Of a stretch of 64,000 nucleotides of DNA, positions 21,960 to 32,458 are shown in pieces (position 1 is the first letter of the stretch; the number at the start of each line of letters is the position of its first letter). The position numbers were made by a program, and so were the translations under genes. The stretch is taken from contig OZ242195.1 in the NCBI GenBank assembly GCA_965205975.1, forward strand, positions 3,776,001 through 3,840,000, written 5' to 3'. This stretch comes from Candidatus Latescibacterota bacterium (GTDB lineage: Bacteria; Latescibacterota; UBA2968). A model generated the notes under the pieces. It had not been told where the DNA came from and did not search any database. It worked only from the letters and a program-made list of their open reading frames with translations.

Positions 21960-22754
21960 TTATCCCCCATGCGAAACCAGGCGTTCGCGATTGGCATTCC
22001 AGAGCCAATGCGCGACGGGCCACAGAACAACAGCCCAGAAAGCTTGAAGGCCGATAAGGAAAACGGGATCCCCCGTACCGGTATAAATGCGTAGCGGCGC
22101 GGAAGCCAGCGAAGCAAAAGGCAAAAAAGTCAGAACATCCCCAATACCCCATGGCATCAGCGCAAGTGGAATAATAGCACCCGACAACAAAACACTCACC
22201 GCATCTCGAATCTGCGTCAAAGCATAGACATGTTGCTCCAGCAAAACCATAAAACTCGCAAAAATGAAATCAAACGCCGCGCCAATGGCAATACCCAAAA
22301 TCAAACTACACAAAAACAAAACGCCCGCAGACACACTCTCCGGCAATGCATCAACCCCCATAAGCGGCGCCAGACAAAAAAGCGGCAGTGAAAACAAAAT
22401 CAGATTGGGCAAACCCGAACCAAACATCTCCGCGACAAACTGGCCGTAAATACCCACCGGACGCAAAAAGCGATTGGCGATATCCCCGCGCCAGAGCGCC
22501 CCATCCAGACCTGTACGCACAGAAATCTGCCCGGCAAAAACCTCGGCAATCAGAGTATAGGTAAGCACCGCATTGCGCGTCATACCAGAAACCTCCCCTA
22601 CCTCGGGCAACAACATCCGCCACAGAGAAAGCAGGAATACCACGCGCAACAAGCGCAAAACAGAGCCACCGACAAGAACCCACCCCTTGTCATCCAGGGA
22701 CCGGGTGGCAACCATGATAATCGTCTTAAAATGTTTATGAGTTGTAATGAACAT
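21960..22754 (-). CDS. ABC-2 type permease (DUF990-like)
   Basis: GDIA..FLRP, LSGAIIPL, LPF...PLRIY, C-terminal HGG. Confidence 0.85.
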   Translation of the reverse strand: MFITTHKHFKTIIMVATRSLDDKGWVLVGGSVLRLLRVVFLLSLWRMLLPEVGEVSGMTRNAVLTYTLIAEVFAGQISVRTGLDGALWRGDIANRFLRPVGIYGQFVAEMFGSGLPNLILFSLPLFCLAPLMGVDALPESVSAGVLFLCSLILGIAIGAAFDFIFASFMVLLEQHVYALTQIRDAVSVLLSGAIIPLALMPWGIGDVLTFLPFASLASAPLRIYTGTGDPVFLIGLQAFWAVVLWPVAHWLWNANRERLVSHGG

Positions 22755-22779
22755 GGATTCATCAATAATGAAAAGACAC

Positions 22780-22845
22780 TGGATCGCGGCTCAAAACCAT
22801 GCCGCGATGACGATGGTCCTCCCTTCACACTTCTCACTTCTCACC
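22780..22845. repeat. GATCGCGG hairpin repeat with heptamer tail
   Basis: Second copy; contains the stop codon of hemY. Confidence 0.85.
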
Positions 22846-24216
22846 TGCTTTTAAAATCCGATCCACCGTATCCACCGCCTGCACAATACAATCGGGAATC
22901 GCCGACCCGCGATACGCACTCCCCGTCAAAAACAACCCATCCACCTGCGCGGCGAGACGCTCCATTTCAGCCACGCGCTCCAGATGCCCCACATCGAACT
23001 GGGGGCGTCCTTTTCTCCAGCGAAAAACGCGCGCAAACAGAGGATCAGCCGTCAACCCCATCAAATCTTCCAATTCCTCGCGCGACTGTGCAACCAGCAC
23101 CTCATCATCCAGATCCACCAGATCTTCCTGCCCTGCGCCCCCCACAAAAGTACGCACCAGAACCCCATCGTCTGGCGCGCGAAAATTCAGCTTTGTCGAA
23201 ACCCATGTACACGCCGTAATCCGACGCCCCTCGTGTTTTGGCGACAAAAAACCAAACCCCTCAAAATCGTGCTGTCCCTCAACATCACTCTTCCGATACG
23301 CCAGAGAAATCGTCGCCGTTGAAACATAGCGAATACCGCGCAACATAAGACTCAAATCCGGCGCAAAATCAGCCACCAGATCAGCGGACACATAAGCCGG
23401 CGTCGCCATCACCACGGCATCTGTCCCGATCACCTCCTCCCCTGCAACCACCTCAAATCCCCCATCTACCTTTCGCACAGACCCAACCGCAACCCCCAGG
23501 CGCAAATCCCCATCCAAACGCGCGACCAGAGTATCGACCAACTCACCCATCCCGCCAATCAGCGTCTGAAACATCGCAGAGGATCTCGCGCGCGTTCTCC
23601 TCATTGCCCGCACCCCCTTAATCAAACTCCCATAGCGCTGCTCCATCGCCACATACATCGGAAACGCGCACCGCATACTCAAACGCTCTGCATCTGCACT
23701 GTGGATACCCGCCAGCATCGCCCCGCCAATATTCACAGCCTCCACGCCCAACCGCCGCCGAATAAAACTCGCCAGACTCTCATCGCCCTCATCTCTCTGC
23801 CGCGGAACAAACACCTCCAGCCCCATCCTCACCTTTCCCCAAAACGAATACAGAGGTGACGTCGCAAGGGACCAAAATCTCGCAGGCACCAGCGAAAAAT
23901 CCTCCGGAAAAGCCACCAATTTCCCATCCCGCGCCAAAAATGTCCGCTGCCGATCATTATTCGTCGAAATCAACCGATCTGCCAACCCCAGATCCTTACA
24001 CAACTGAATACCCGCGGGCTTTTGCGTCAGCAGCAAATCCGGACCGCCCTCAATCAAAAAACCATCCACCGACTCCGTCGCAATCTTCCCACCCCACCGG
24101 TCACTGCGCTCCAGCAAAACATACTGGATCTCCCGACCCTGTTCCCTCGCTCTTTTTTCCAAATAAAAAGCGGTCGCAAGACCCGCTATGCCACCGCCAA
24201 TAATAGTTATATGCAT
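22834..24216 (-). CDS. hemY: FAD-dependent proto/coproporphyrinogen oxidase (HemY type)
   Basis: IIGGGIAGL..A, EGGPD, GFGFL, PQF.VGH, PDCI. Confidence 0.92.
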   Translation of the reverse strand: MHITIIGGGIAGLATAFYLEKRAREQGREIQYVLLERSDRWGGKIATESVDGFLIEGGPDLLLTQKPAGIQLCKDLGLADRLISTNNDRQRTFLARDGKLVAFPEDFSLVPARFWSLATSPLYSFWGKVRMGLEVFVPRQRDEGDESLASFIRRRLGVEAVNIGGAMLAGIHSADAERLSMRCAFPMYVAMEQRYGSLIKGVRAMRRTRARSSAMFQTLIGGMGELVDTLVARLDGDLRLGVAVGSVRKVDGGFEVVAGEEVIGTDAVVMATPAYVSADLVADFAPDLSLMLRGIRYVSTATISLAYRKSDVEGQHDFEGFGFLSPKHEGRRITACTWVSTKLNFRAPDDGVLVRTFVGGAGQEDLVDLDDEVLVAQSREELEDLMGLTADPLFARVFRWRKGRPQFDVGHLERVAEMERLAAQVDGLFLTGSAYRGSAIPDCIVQAVDTVDRILKAGEK

Positions 24217-24230
24217 ATCGCTATCACCCC

Positions 24231-25163
24231 TCAAATCACCTCTTCCACCGCATCTGCAACCGCCTCGATAAACACGGAATCGCTATTCATCATCTCTGTG
24301 CGTTCCAGGCGAATCCCGCGCTGTTCTGCAATCTCCTGGCAACCGATATCAATATCGTAAAGCACCTCCACGTGATCGCACACAAAACCAATAGGCGCAA
24401 CCAGAACATCGCGGTAATTGCCAGAAGCCAGTGCCGGAATCACATCTTCAATCTGCGGACCCAACCAGGGTTCGCCCGTATGTGCGGCACTCTGATATGA
24501 AAACATCCAATCCACCGGACCCAATTGATCGACAATAGCCTGAGCATTGCGCTTTAATTCATCGTCATAGGGATCGCCCATCTTCAGCAACCGGGCTGGC
24601 AAACTATGCGCTGAAAAAACCACCTTAGCCTTTCGCCTCGCATCCTCCGGAAATTTTTCCAATCCCGCCCGTACCTTTGCCGCCTGCGCCTCAATCAACC
24701 GGGGCTGATCGCACCACGAATTGACATAGGCAAAATCAATAGCACTCCCCACTTCTTTTTGCGCATCCTCGACCTTCTGTTGATAAAGGCCAATACTCAT
24801 CTGCGAATAATGCGGCGCCATCACAATGCCCACAGCCTTTTCAACACCATCCCCCTGCATCTTCGCCACCGCCTCTACAATCCGCGGTTTCCAGTGACGC
24901 ATACCCGTGTACGCCTTCACATTCCGCCCGCGCTTTTTCAACACCGCCTCAACACATCCCGCCTGCTCAAACGTGCGTTCATTCAACGGTGACTTGCCAC
25001 CGATCTGCGCGTAGCGACTGCGAAACTCCGCCACAAATTCTGGCGACATCGGCCTGCCACCCCGAATATCGCTCAAATAAGCTGCCATATCGTCCAGCGA
25101 ATCGGGGCTGCCATAAGCCATCAAAAGCACGCCAATTATTTTCTCATCGCGCCGTATATTCAT
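24231..25163 (-). CDS. hemH: Ferrochelatase
   Basis: LLMAYGSP, GGKSPL, FSAHSLP, PWLGP, GFVCDHVEVLYDID. Confidence 0.95.
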   Translation of the reverse strand: MNIRRDEKIIGVLLMAYGSPDSLDDMAAYLSDIRGGRPMSPEFVAEFRSRYAQIGGKSPLNERTFEQAGCVEAVLKKRGRNVKAYTGMRHWKPRIVEAVAKMQGDGVEKAVGIVMAPHYSQMSIGLYQQKVEDAQKEVGSAIDFAYVNSWCDQPRLIEAQAAKVRAGLEKFPEDARRKAKVVFSAHSLPARLLKMGDPYDDELKRNAQAIVDQLGPVDWMFSYQSAAHTGEPWLGPQIEDVIPALASGNYRDVLVAPIGFVCDHVEVLYDIDIGCQEIAEQRGIRLERTEMMNSDSVFIEAVADAVEEVI

Positions 25164-26187
25164 GCACAAAATCAACCAATCTCCGCACATTCTCCACCGG
25201 TGTGCGCTGTAAAATCCCATGCCCCAAATTAAAAATATGCCCCGGCTTTCCCCTCACCGAATCCAATATGCGCCTCGTCTGCCGCGTTATCTCCTCAAAA
25301 GGCGCGAACAACACCACGGGATCCAGATTGCCCTGCACACCCACATCATCGCCCAAACGGCGCCACGCCACATCTATATCAATGCGCCAATCAACGCCAA
25401 TAACATCGCCCCCCGCCTCTTTCAACAACTCGAGAACACCCGCCGTACCCGTACCAAAATGAATAAGCGGCACATCTACTTCTGCCTTCGCAATCGCAAT
25501 CGCCTTTTGCGAATGCGGCAACACGTACTCGCGATAATCTGCCGGACTCAACGCCCCGACCCAGCTATCAAACACCTGCAACACCCCGGCACCCGCCCTG
25601 ACCTGCGCGATGAGATAATCCCCAATCGCCATCGCCATCATATCCATCAAACGATGCCATTGCGCTGGCTCGCCGTACATCAACCCCTTGGCAATCTCGT
25701 AATTGCGCGACGAACCGCCCTCCACCGCATAACAAACCAGCGTAAAAGGCGCACCTGCAAAACCAATCAACGGAACGCGACCATTGAGTTCTGCGACAGC
25801 CATCCGAATGGCATCACTCGCATAAGGCATCGCCTCCTCGGCGGGACTCACGGTCAACGCATCGATATCCGCCACCGTGCGAATCGGATTGTGAATAACC
25901 GGACCCTCGCCTTTTACATAGTCCAGATCCAAACCCATCGACTCGAGAATCGGCAACAAATCCTGAAAAATAATCGCAGCATCCACAGGATATGCATTCA
26001 CGGGCTGCATCGTAATCGCAGTAGAGATCTCGGGCGTCTTCACCATATCGAGAAAACTGTAGCGATCGCGATACGTCCAGTAAGCCTTCATATACCGCCC
26101 GGCCTGACGCATAAACCAAACAGGCGTCGCATCCACACATTCGCGACGACACGCCTTTAAAAAACGATCTGAACCATCACGCATCAT
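25144..26187 (-). CDS. hemE: Uroporphyrinogen decarboxylase
   Basis: PVWFMRQAGRY, GFAGAPFTL, QGNLDP, FNLGHG. Confidence 0.97.
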   Translation of the reverse strand: MMRDGSDRFLKACRRECVDATPVWFMRQAGRYMKAYWTYRDRYSFLDMVKTPEISTAITMQPVNAYPVDAAIIFQDLLPILESMGLDLDYVKGEGPVIHNPIRTVADIDALTVSPAEEAMPYASDAIRMAVAELNGRVPLIGFAGAPFTLVCYAVEGGSSRNYEIAKGLMYGEPAQWHRLMDMMAMAIGDYLIAQVRAGAGVLQVFDSWVGALSPADYREYVLPHSQKAIAIAKAEVDVPLIHFGTGTAGVLELLKEAGGDVIGVDWRIDIDVAWRRLGDDVGVQGNLDPVVLFAPFEEITRQTRRILDSVRGKPGHIFNLGHGILQRTPVENVRRLVDFVHEYTAR

Positions 26188-26422
26188 CCATTCCCTCCAG
26201 CACCCGCATCAAATCCTCCAGCGACACAATTTCTTCTCCCGTTCTGAGAGCCTCTGGCGCGGCATCTTCTCCAGAAGTCCCAAACACAAACCACTCAAAC
26301 TCGCGCAAAAACTTCAAACAATGCCACTGACCTGTACGCGCGTAATCTTCGCTACACAACTCCCGCGGAATCGGGCACCCGTCGTACAGCCCGCGGGGGC
26401 ATGGTCGGCGTTTTTTCCCCAT
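26177..26422 (-). CDS. Small four-Cys hypothetical protein
   Basis: Fills the glnA-hemE gap with tight spacing; CPxxxxxxCPxxxxxC...HC. Confidence 0.6.
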   Translation of the reverse strand: MGKKRRPCPRGLYDGCPIPRELCSEDYARTGQWHCLKFLREFEWFVFGTSGEDAAPEALRTGEEIVSLEDLMRVLEGMDDA

Positions 26423-26431
26423 CCCTGTACC

Positions 26432-27766
26432 TCATAAAATTTTAAGATGTTGATCCAATTCGTAACCCGTCACCTGCGCCCTGTAATTGGCCCATTCGAT
26501 CTTCTTATTCGCAATAAACTTCTCAAAAATGTGATCGCCCAGGGCATTGCGAAGCAAATCGCTACTTTCAGCCAGATCAATAGCCTGTGACAGATCCAGA
26601 GGCAGAGTCTTAATCCCCGCACTTTCCCGCTCAGCACTGGACATCTCAGCCACATTTTTTTCCATAGGCGGCGGCACTTCACAGCGTTTTTCAACGCCCT
26701 CCAACCCCGCAGCCAACATAATTGCAAATGCCAGATAGGGATTGCAGGCCGGATCGGGCGACCGGTATTCGATGCGCGTTGTACTCGCTTTATCTGGCGA
26801 ATAGGCCGGCACGCGCACCAGATCCGAACGATTGACCACCGACCACGTCGTGTACAAAGGCGCTTCATAACCCGGCACCAACCGCTTATACGAATTCACC
26901 CACTGATTGGTCACCAGCGTTATCTCACACGCATGCTCGAGCAAACCCGCAATAAAATACCGCGCCGTATCCGACAGATGGTACTCATCTTCAGCATCGT
27001 AAAACGCGTTAGCCTCTCCCTTAAACAGCGACATATTCGTATGCATACCATTGCCATTGACACCAAAAAGAGGCTTGGGCATAAACGTCGCCCAAACGCC
27101 GTGCTTCACGGCAATCTCCTTCACCACCAAACGATAAGTCATCGCATTGTCCGCCATCGTCAGCGCATCGGTATAAAGCAAATCGATCTCGTGCTGGCTG
27201 GGCGCATCTTCGTGATGGCTGGACGCCACCTCAATCCCCATCTTCTCCAGCGTCAACACCGTATCCCGGCGCAAATCACTCGCCACATCCAGAGACGTCT
27301 GATCAAAATACCCCCCCTCATCCAGACCCACGAGAGGAACCTCGGGTTTCTCAAAATAGAAAAACTCCATCTCTGGACTCACATAAAACGCAAAGCCCAT
27401 ATCGCCTGCGCGTCTCAAATTCTTTTTCAGCACCCAGCGCGGGTCTCCCTGATATGGATTTCCCCCCGGCTGGAGAATATCGCAAAACATACGCGCAACT
27501 GTGCCGCCTTCTTGCGGGCGAAAAGGCAGCACCTGAAAAGTATTGGGATCGGGCATGGCGATCATATCGCTCTCGTCAATGCGCGCAAAGCCCTCTACGG
27601 ACGACCCATCAAAACCGATCCCCTCGATCAAAGCACCATCGAGTTGCTCAACGGGAATGGCGACACTCTTTAGAAAACCCAAAATATCCGTAAACCAGAG
27701 CCTGACAAATTTGACCCCGTGTTCTGACGCGGCATTCAGCACGTATTCGCGGCTTCCTTCGTTCAT
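26432..27766 (-). CDS. glnA: Glutamine synthetase type I
   Basis: FDGSS, HHE.APSQHE, FMPKP, NSYKRLVPGYEAP, RIEYRSPDP. Confidence 0.97.
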   Translation of the reverse strand: MNEGSREYVLNAASEHGVKFVRLWFTDILGFLKSVAIPVEQLDGALIEGIGFDGSSVEGFARIDESDMIAMPDPNTFQVLPFRPQEGGTVARMFCDILQPGGNPYQGDPRWVLKKNLRRAGDMGFAFYVSPEMEFFYFEKPEVPLVGLDEGGYFDQTSLDVASDLRRDTVLTLEKMGIEVASSHHEDAPSQHEIDLLYTDALTMADNAMTYRLVVKEIAVKHGVWATFMPKPLFGVNGNGMHTNMSLFKGEANAFYDAEDEYHLSDTARYFIAGLLEHACEITLVTNQWVNSYKRLVPGYEAPLYTTWSVVNRSDLVRVPAYSPDKASTTRIEYRSPDPACNPYLAFAIMLAAGLEGVEKRCEVPPPMEKNVAEMSSAERESAGIKTLPLDLSQAIDLAESSDLLRNALGDHIFEKFIANKKIEWANYRAQVTGYELDQHLKIL

Positions 27767-27978
27767 GGTTATGACCTGTATTTTAACTGTGAAACAGCAC
27801 CGAAATAATAATCAAACTTACGCTTATTATATTTCGAGCAGGTTTCATAAGTGTTTCGCCAATATTAAAAGCAATGAGATCTATGCACAGAAAATCTATT
27901 TGCTTACCAGGGCATCTTCATATTATTCTTCCTGCGCTCATTCCTTACCACCCATTCCCAAAAGGGAGGACCATCGTT

Positions 27979-29793
27979 ATGAACCTTCGAACATCACCCA
28001 CATACCTGATTCCCATTGTCGGACTGCTCGTGCTGGCCGGCGCCTTCTCCAATGCGCCTCCCGCCCTAGCAGATTGTCCACCCCCGCCCGGCGTGATATC
28101 CCCTGTGGCACCGAGTGTGACGGCGCAACAGGTGGAAGATGGCAGTGCTACCCTGAAGGACTTCACGCTGGCCGCGAGGGAACAATTTGTTATGCAACTC
28201 CAGACGGCTGAGAATCTGGGACAAGTGGTCTATTACGGATGTCTCTTCCGGCAAGAGGGGAGCTATTGGCATTCCGGTTCCACCTACATCGTGGTTATGA
28301 GGGCCGATGGCAGTGTTTTGATTCACGCGAAGAACATGGCATTGTCGAGCAGGCGACTCAACCCCCTTATTTATGCAGAGATCCTTTCTGCCCTGGGAGT
28401 ACCCTCAACCGTTCTGGCCAACCTGGCATCTCCCGATACTGCTATTGCCGCCCAGGCTAATGCCGAAGTGGTTAATATATTGACGCAAGGACCGGATGCC
28501 GCATTCGATGCGACCACCCCTATACCAGACCTGCGACCTGGCATACCGGGAGCCTCCGGCTATGCCGCCGCATATTTTTCGGACTTTTTTAGAGGCCCGC
28601 TTGTGATGATAGCCGGTTTCGAGCTCAATGAAACTCACCTAATTGAAGAAGAGATCGATCACATTACCCCGACCGTTACCGCCAGGGACGTGGTAGATCG
28701 AGAAACCCTGAAAGCTTTCGTCACGGAAGCAGGGGAGTACTGTCTCGAACTTCGGAAAACCGGCAATTTCCCCGGTGGGATCGCCAGGAGCGCACTTCGG
28801 GATCCGGACGGGCCCTGGAGACACGGTTCCGTGTACCTCTATGTACTGGATACTACCAGCAACGTAATCCAAATACACGCTGCATTTCCGAACAGATACG
28901 AGCTTCGACCTCTGATACCGACTGTCCGAGACGCGGTTACCGGAAAACTCATACTACCGCAGGTCATCGAAGCGGCGAAAAGTGACCCGGAAGGCGGCTT
29001 CGTGGAGTATTATTTTGACGATCCCACTGACGACACAGACAGCGCCGATATCCCCAAGGTGGGATACGCACGCGAGTTCAAAACGAAAACCGAGATAGGT
29101 GGAAGGATAATCCCGTACAACTTCATCATTGGGTCGGGTTTTTATGGGCGCGCACCCGACGTTGTCCCGACTGAACCCTATACGAAAGTGGAAGCCACGG
29201 TTATGGGCGACGCCGTCGAGGGATTGACCGTCGAGTTTGCGCGATCCATCGCAGGCCAACAGCCCGACTATGCCTATAACGCCGTCACCGATGCCAATGG
29301 CGCTTTGTCCCTCACCATCTCCAGCGCAGATGGCGTGAGTGGTTACTATCAGGCACGCGCCCGCAACGCCGATGGCGAAACCGTTGGTCAGTGGCACTCC
29401 ATTCCCCTCAATCGCAATCAACGCCAGATCCTGGAACTGACCCTAAGCGGCGGCATGAAGGTCGTACGCGTCGAACCACTGGCCGCAGCCAAGCCCGTGG
29501 TCGAGACAATGCCGGAAGTTAGTGGTCTGGCACCCAACTTTCCCAACCCATTCAACAGCGCCACCCTGATTACCTACCACCTATCCAGCCCCGGTCCGGT
29601 GCAACTGGTAATCTACAATGTGCTGGGGCAGCCAGTACGCACATTGGTGGATCAGTCCCAGGCCGCAGGCTCCTACCAGATACGGTGGGATGTCCTCGAC
29701 CATCGGGGCGTCTCGCTATCGACGGGGATCTACATCGCACGCCTGAGCTATCCCGGTGGGGTGCAGACCCAACGGCTGCTCTACCTCAAGTAA
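27979..29793 (+). CDS. Secreted protein with two Cache-like domains, Ig-like domain and FlgD-Ig/T9SS-type C-terminal domain (copy 1)
   Basis: Signal peptide ALA-D; YLYVLD...GGFVEYYF...KVGYA...IGSGFY Cache-2 pattern; NFPNPFN...IYNVLGQ.VRTL...STGIY. Confidence 0.8.
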   Translation: MNLRTSPTYLIPIVGLLVLAGAFSNAPPALADCPPPPGVISPVAPSVTAQQVEDGSATLKDFTLAAREQFVMQLQTAENLGQVVYYGCLFRQEGSYWHSGSTYIVVMRADGSVLIHAKNMALSSRRLNPLIYAEILSALGVPSTVLANLASPDTAIAAQANAEVVNILTQGPDAAFDATTPIPDLRPGIPGASGYAAAYFSDFFRGPLVMIAGFELNETHLIEEEIDHITPTVTARDVVDRETLKAFVTEAGEYCLELRKTGNFPGGIARSALRDPDGPWRHGSVYLYVLDTTSNVIQIHAAFPNRYELRPLIPTVRDAVTGKLILPQVIEAAKSDPEGGFVEYYFDDPTDDTDSADIPKVGYAREFKTKTEIGGRIIPYNFIIGSGFYGRAPDVVPTEPYTKVEATVMGDAVEGLTVEFARSIAGQQPDYAYNAVTDANGALSLTISSADGVSGYYQARARNADGETVGQWHSIPLNRNQRQILELTLSGGMKVVRVEPLAAAKPVVETMPEVSGLAPNFPNPFNSATLITYHLSSPGPVQLVIYNVLGQPVRTLVDQSQAAGSYQIRWDVLDHRGVSLSTGIYIARLSYPGGVQTQRLLYLK

Positions 29794-29811
29794 CGCCGAA
29801 CGCACAAAACA

Positions 29812-29846
29812 AAAGCCCCTGAAAATAAATTCAGGGGCCTTTTTTC
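29812..29846. terminator. Intrinsic terminator
   Basis: GCCCCTGAA...TTCAGGGGC with flanking A/T runs. Confidence 0.85.
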
Positions 29847-29867
29847 GTACGCCTCGTTTAACCCATT

Positions 29868-30374
29868 CTACTGAACCCGCATCCATGTATCAACCCAGGC
29901 CCCCTCATAAGATGCCGTCATTGTATTGCCTTCAAAAACCCACTGCTGCTCATCGTGTGCAATCTCAATTTTATCGCCTTCAACAGTAATCTTGCCCTTA
30001 ACGCTTTTGGCCTTGGGGTAAATCGACATCGGTGCTTCGGCAGAAGACCGATACCCCTGGCGAACCAGCACATGCCTGGCTCGCGTAATCGCCGATGTAG
30101 AAATTTCATACGTACTGGCAGCATAATTAAATCGCCGGGGCGTACCGTCTTTTAAATCCTCGAGCATATTGAGCGTAATATGTGCTTTTCGAGAACTAAT
30201 TGGCTCCCACAAAAGCGACCCTTTTATATGCGGGCCACTCAACACAGTACCATCTTGCAATTGACGACTTTGCAAAACCCAGGTACCCGCCAATTGTGTT
30301 TGCATATCTGACAGACGATCACTGCATCCCTGCATCGCGAACGCGGATAAAAGACATATCATCAGGCGTTTCAT
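29868..30374 (-). CDS. Lipocalin-like lipoprotein
   Basis: Lipobox MQGC; LAGTW near N-terminus; terminal W.R. Confidence 0.65.
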   Translation of the reverse strand: MKRLMICLLSAFAMQGCSDRLSDMQTQLAGTWVLQSRQLQDGTVLSGPHIKGSLLWEPISSRKAHITLNMLEDLKDGTPRRFNYAASTYEISTSAITRARHVLVRQGYRSSAEAPMSIYPKAKSVKGKITVEGDKIEIAHDEQQWVFEGNTMTASYEGAWVDTWMRVQ

Positions 30375-30622
30375 TTCGATCTCCCTGCAAGTTATCATCC
30401 GAAAAACGAACAGCTACAGTATATTTTTCGATTTGCGCGCTGTCAAGCCAAAAAAATGCGGTGAGAGGTAAGAGGGACTGCTTTTCCGCAGATTTCAGAT
30501 GTGTCGCTAATATTAAAAACTAATGAGATTTATGCATAGAAAACTTATTTGCTTGTCAAGATATCTTTTATTATTCTTCCTGCGCTTATTCCTTACCACC
30601 CATTCCCTTAAGGAGGGCCATC

Positions 30623-32458
30623 GTGAAGAAAACTCGAACATTACCCACACACCTGATTCCCATTGTCGGACTGCTCGTGCTGGCCGGCGTCTTTTCCAAT
30701 GCGCCACCCGCCCTGGCAGATTGTCCACTTCCTCCCGGCGTGACGCCTCCTGCGGAACCGAGTGTGACGGCGCAACAGGTGGAAGATGGAAGCGCTACCC
30801 TGATGGACTTCGCGCTGGCCGTGAGAGAGCGGTCCAGAGAATATGCCCAGGGGGCCGCGACCGCGGAGAACGCAGTATATATCGGATGTATCATAAGGCA
30901 GGAGGATGGGATTTGGCGTTCCGGTTCCACGTACATCGTGAGCCTGACGCTCGACGGCAGAGTGTACGTTCACGCGAAGAACATGGCATTGTCGGGCAGG
31001 CTGCTCAACCCCGTGATTTATGGCGCGATCCTTTTTGCGTTGGGCGTATCCCCAACCGATCTGGCAAATCTGGCGTCTCCCGATCCTGCTACCGCTGCCC
31101 AGGCTTTCGGCGCCGTCGTGGGCACATTGTTGCAGGAACCGGACGGCGCATTCGACGCGACCACCCCTATTCCAGGTCTGTCACCAGGAATACCGGGCGC
31201 TTCGGGCCATGCCGCTGTCTATGTCGAGCCCAATTTAGGGGAGGCTCCGATTGTGATGCTCATGGGATTCGATCTCAATGAATCTCACCTGGTTCCCATT
31301 AGCGATGAAACAATCGATTACGGCGACCCGACCATTACCGCCGAGGAGGTGGTGGACAGAGAAACCCTGAAGGCCTTCGTCACGCAAGCGGGAAATTACT
31401 TTCTTGAAATCCTGAGGTCCGGCGATCCAGCCGCTACTCAGCAAGCCAGGATCGCCTTGCGGGATGAGAACGGACCCTGGAGACACGGCTCGGTGTATCT
31501 CTACGTCCTGGATATTGTCAGCAACATCATCATATTTCACGCAGCGTTCCCGGACAAATACGAGTATCAGCCTCTGGTGCCGACCGTCCATGACGCTGTG
31601 ACCGGAGAGTTCATTCTGCCTCAAGTCATCGAAGCGGCGAAAAGTGACCCGGAAGGCGGCTTCGTGGAGTATTACTTCGACGATCCCACCGACGATACCG
31701 ACAGCGCCGACATTCCCAAGGTGGGATACGCACGCGAGTTCGCCGCTTCAATCCAGAGGGCAGACGGAAGCACAGTCCCGGCTGACTTCATCGTTGGGTC
31801 GGGCTTCTATGGGCGCGCACCCGTTGTTGTCCCGGACGGTCCCTATACGGTAGTGGAAGCCACGGTTATGGGTGACGCCGTCGAAGGGTTGACCGTCGCG
31901 TTTGCGAGATCCATCGCAGGCCAACAGCCCGACTACGCCTATAGCGCCGTCACAGATGCCAATGGCTCTTTGTCCCTCACCATCTCCAACGCGGACGGGG
32001 TAAGTGGGTACTATACAGCCCGCGCCAGCAACGCCGATGGCGAAACCGTTGGCCAGTGGCACAGCATTCCCCTCAATCACAATCAGCGCCAGGTCCTGGA
32101 ACTGACCCTGAGTGGTGGTATGAAGATCGTACGCGTCGAACCACTAACCGCATCCAAGCCAGTGGCCGAGACAGAAGCCGCAATTAGTGGTCTGGCACCC
32201 AACTTTCCCAACCCATTCAACAGCGCCACCCTGATTACCTACCACCTGTCCAGTCCTGGACCGGTGCAATTAGTGATCTACAATGTGCTGGGTCAACCCG
32301 TACGCACATTGGTGGATCAGTCCCAGGCCGCAGGCTCCTACCAGATACGGTGGGATGTCCTCGACCATCGGGGCGTCTCGCTATCGACGGGGATCTACAT
32401 CGCACGCCTGAGCTATCCCGGTGGGGTGCAGACCCAACGGCTGCTCTACCTCAAGTAG
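30623..32458 (+). CDS. Secreted tandem Cache-like/FlgD-Ig protein (copy 2)
   Basis: Paralogue of 27979-29793; AAGGAGG RBS with GTG start. Confidence 0.8.
   Translation: MKKTRTLPTHLIPIVGLLVLAGVFSNAPPALADCPLPPGVTPPAEPSVTAQQVEDGSATLMDFALAVRERSREYAQGAATAENAVYIGCIIRQEDGIWRSGSTYIVSLTLDGRVYVHAKNMALSGRLLNPVIYGAILFALGVSPTDLANLASPDPATAAQAFGAVVGTLLQEPDGAFDATTPIPGLSPGIPGASGHAAVYVEPNLGEAPIVMLMGFDLNESHLVPISDETIDYGDPTITAEEVVDRETLKAFVTQAGNYFLEILRSGDPAATQQARIALRDENGPWRHGSVYLYVLDIVSNIIIFHAAFPDKYEYQPLVPTVHDAVTGEFILPQVIEAAKSDPEGGFVEYYFDDPTDDTDSADIPKVGYAREFAASIQRADGSTVPADFIVGSGFYGRAPVVVPDGPYTVVEATVMGDAVEGLTVAFARSIAGQQPDYAYSAVTDANGSLSLTISNADGVSGYYTARASNADGETVGQWHSIPLNHNQRQVLELTLSGGMKIVRVEPLTASKPVAETEAAISGLAPNFPNPFNSATLITYHLSSPGPVQLVIYNVLGQPVRTLVDQSQAAGSYQIRWDVLDHRGVSLSTGIYIARLSYPGGVQTQRLLYLK

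Noticed and set aside
27962..27977. 16-bp match AAGGGAGGACCATCGT between the Cache gene RBS and the hairpin-repeat tail
   Set aside because: A single SD-like 16-mer match is plausible by chance in 64 kb and does not extend
29635..32457. Identical tracts in the Cache paralogues as DGR template/variable repeats
   Set aside because: No reverse transcriptase in the window, and the differences are not adenine-specific
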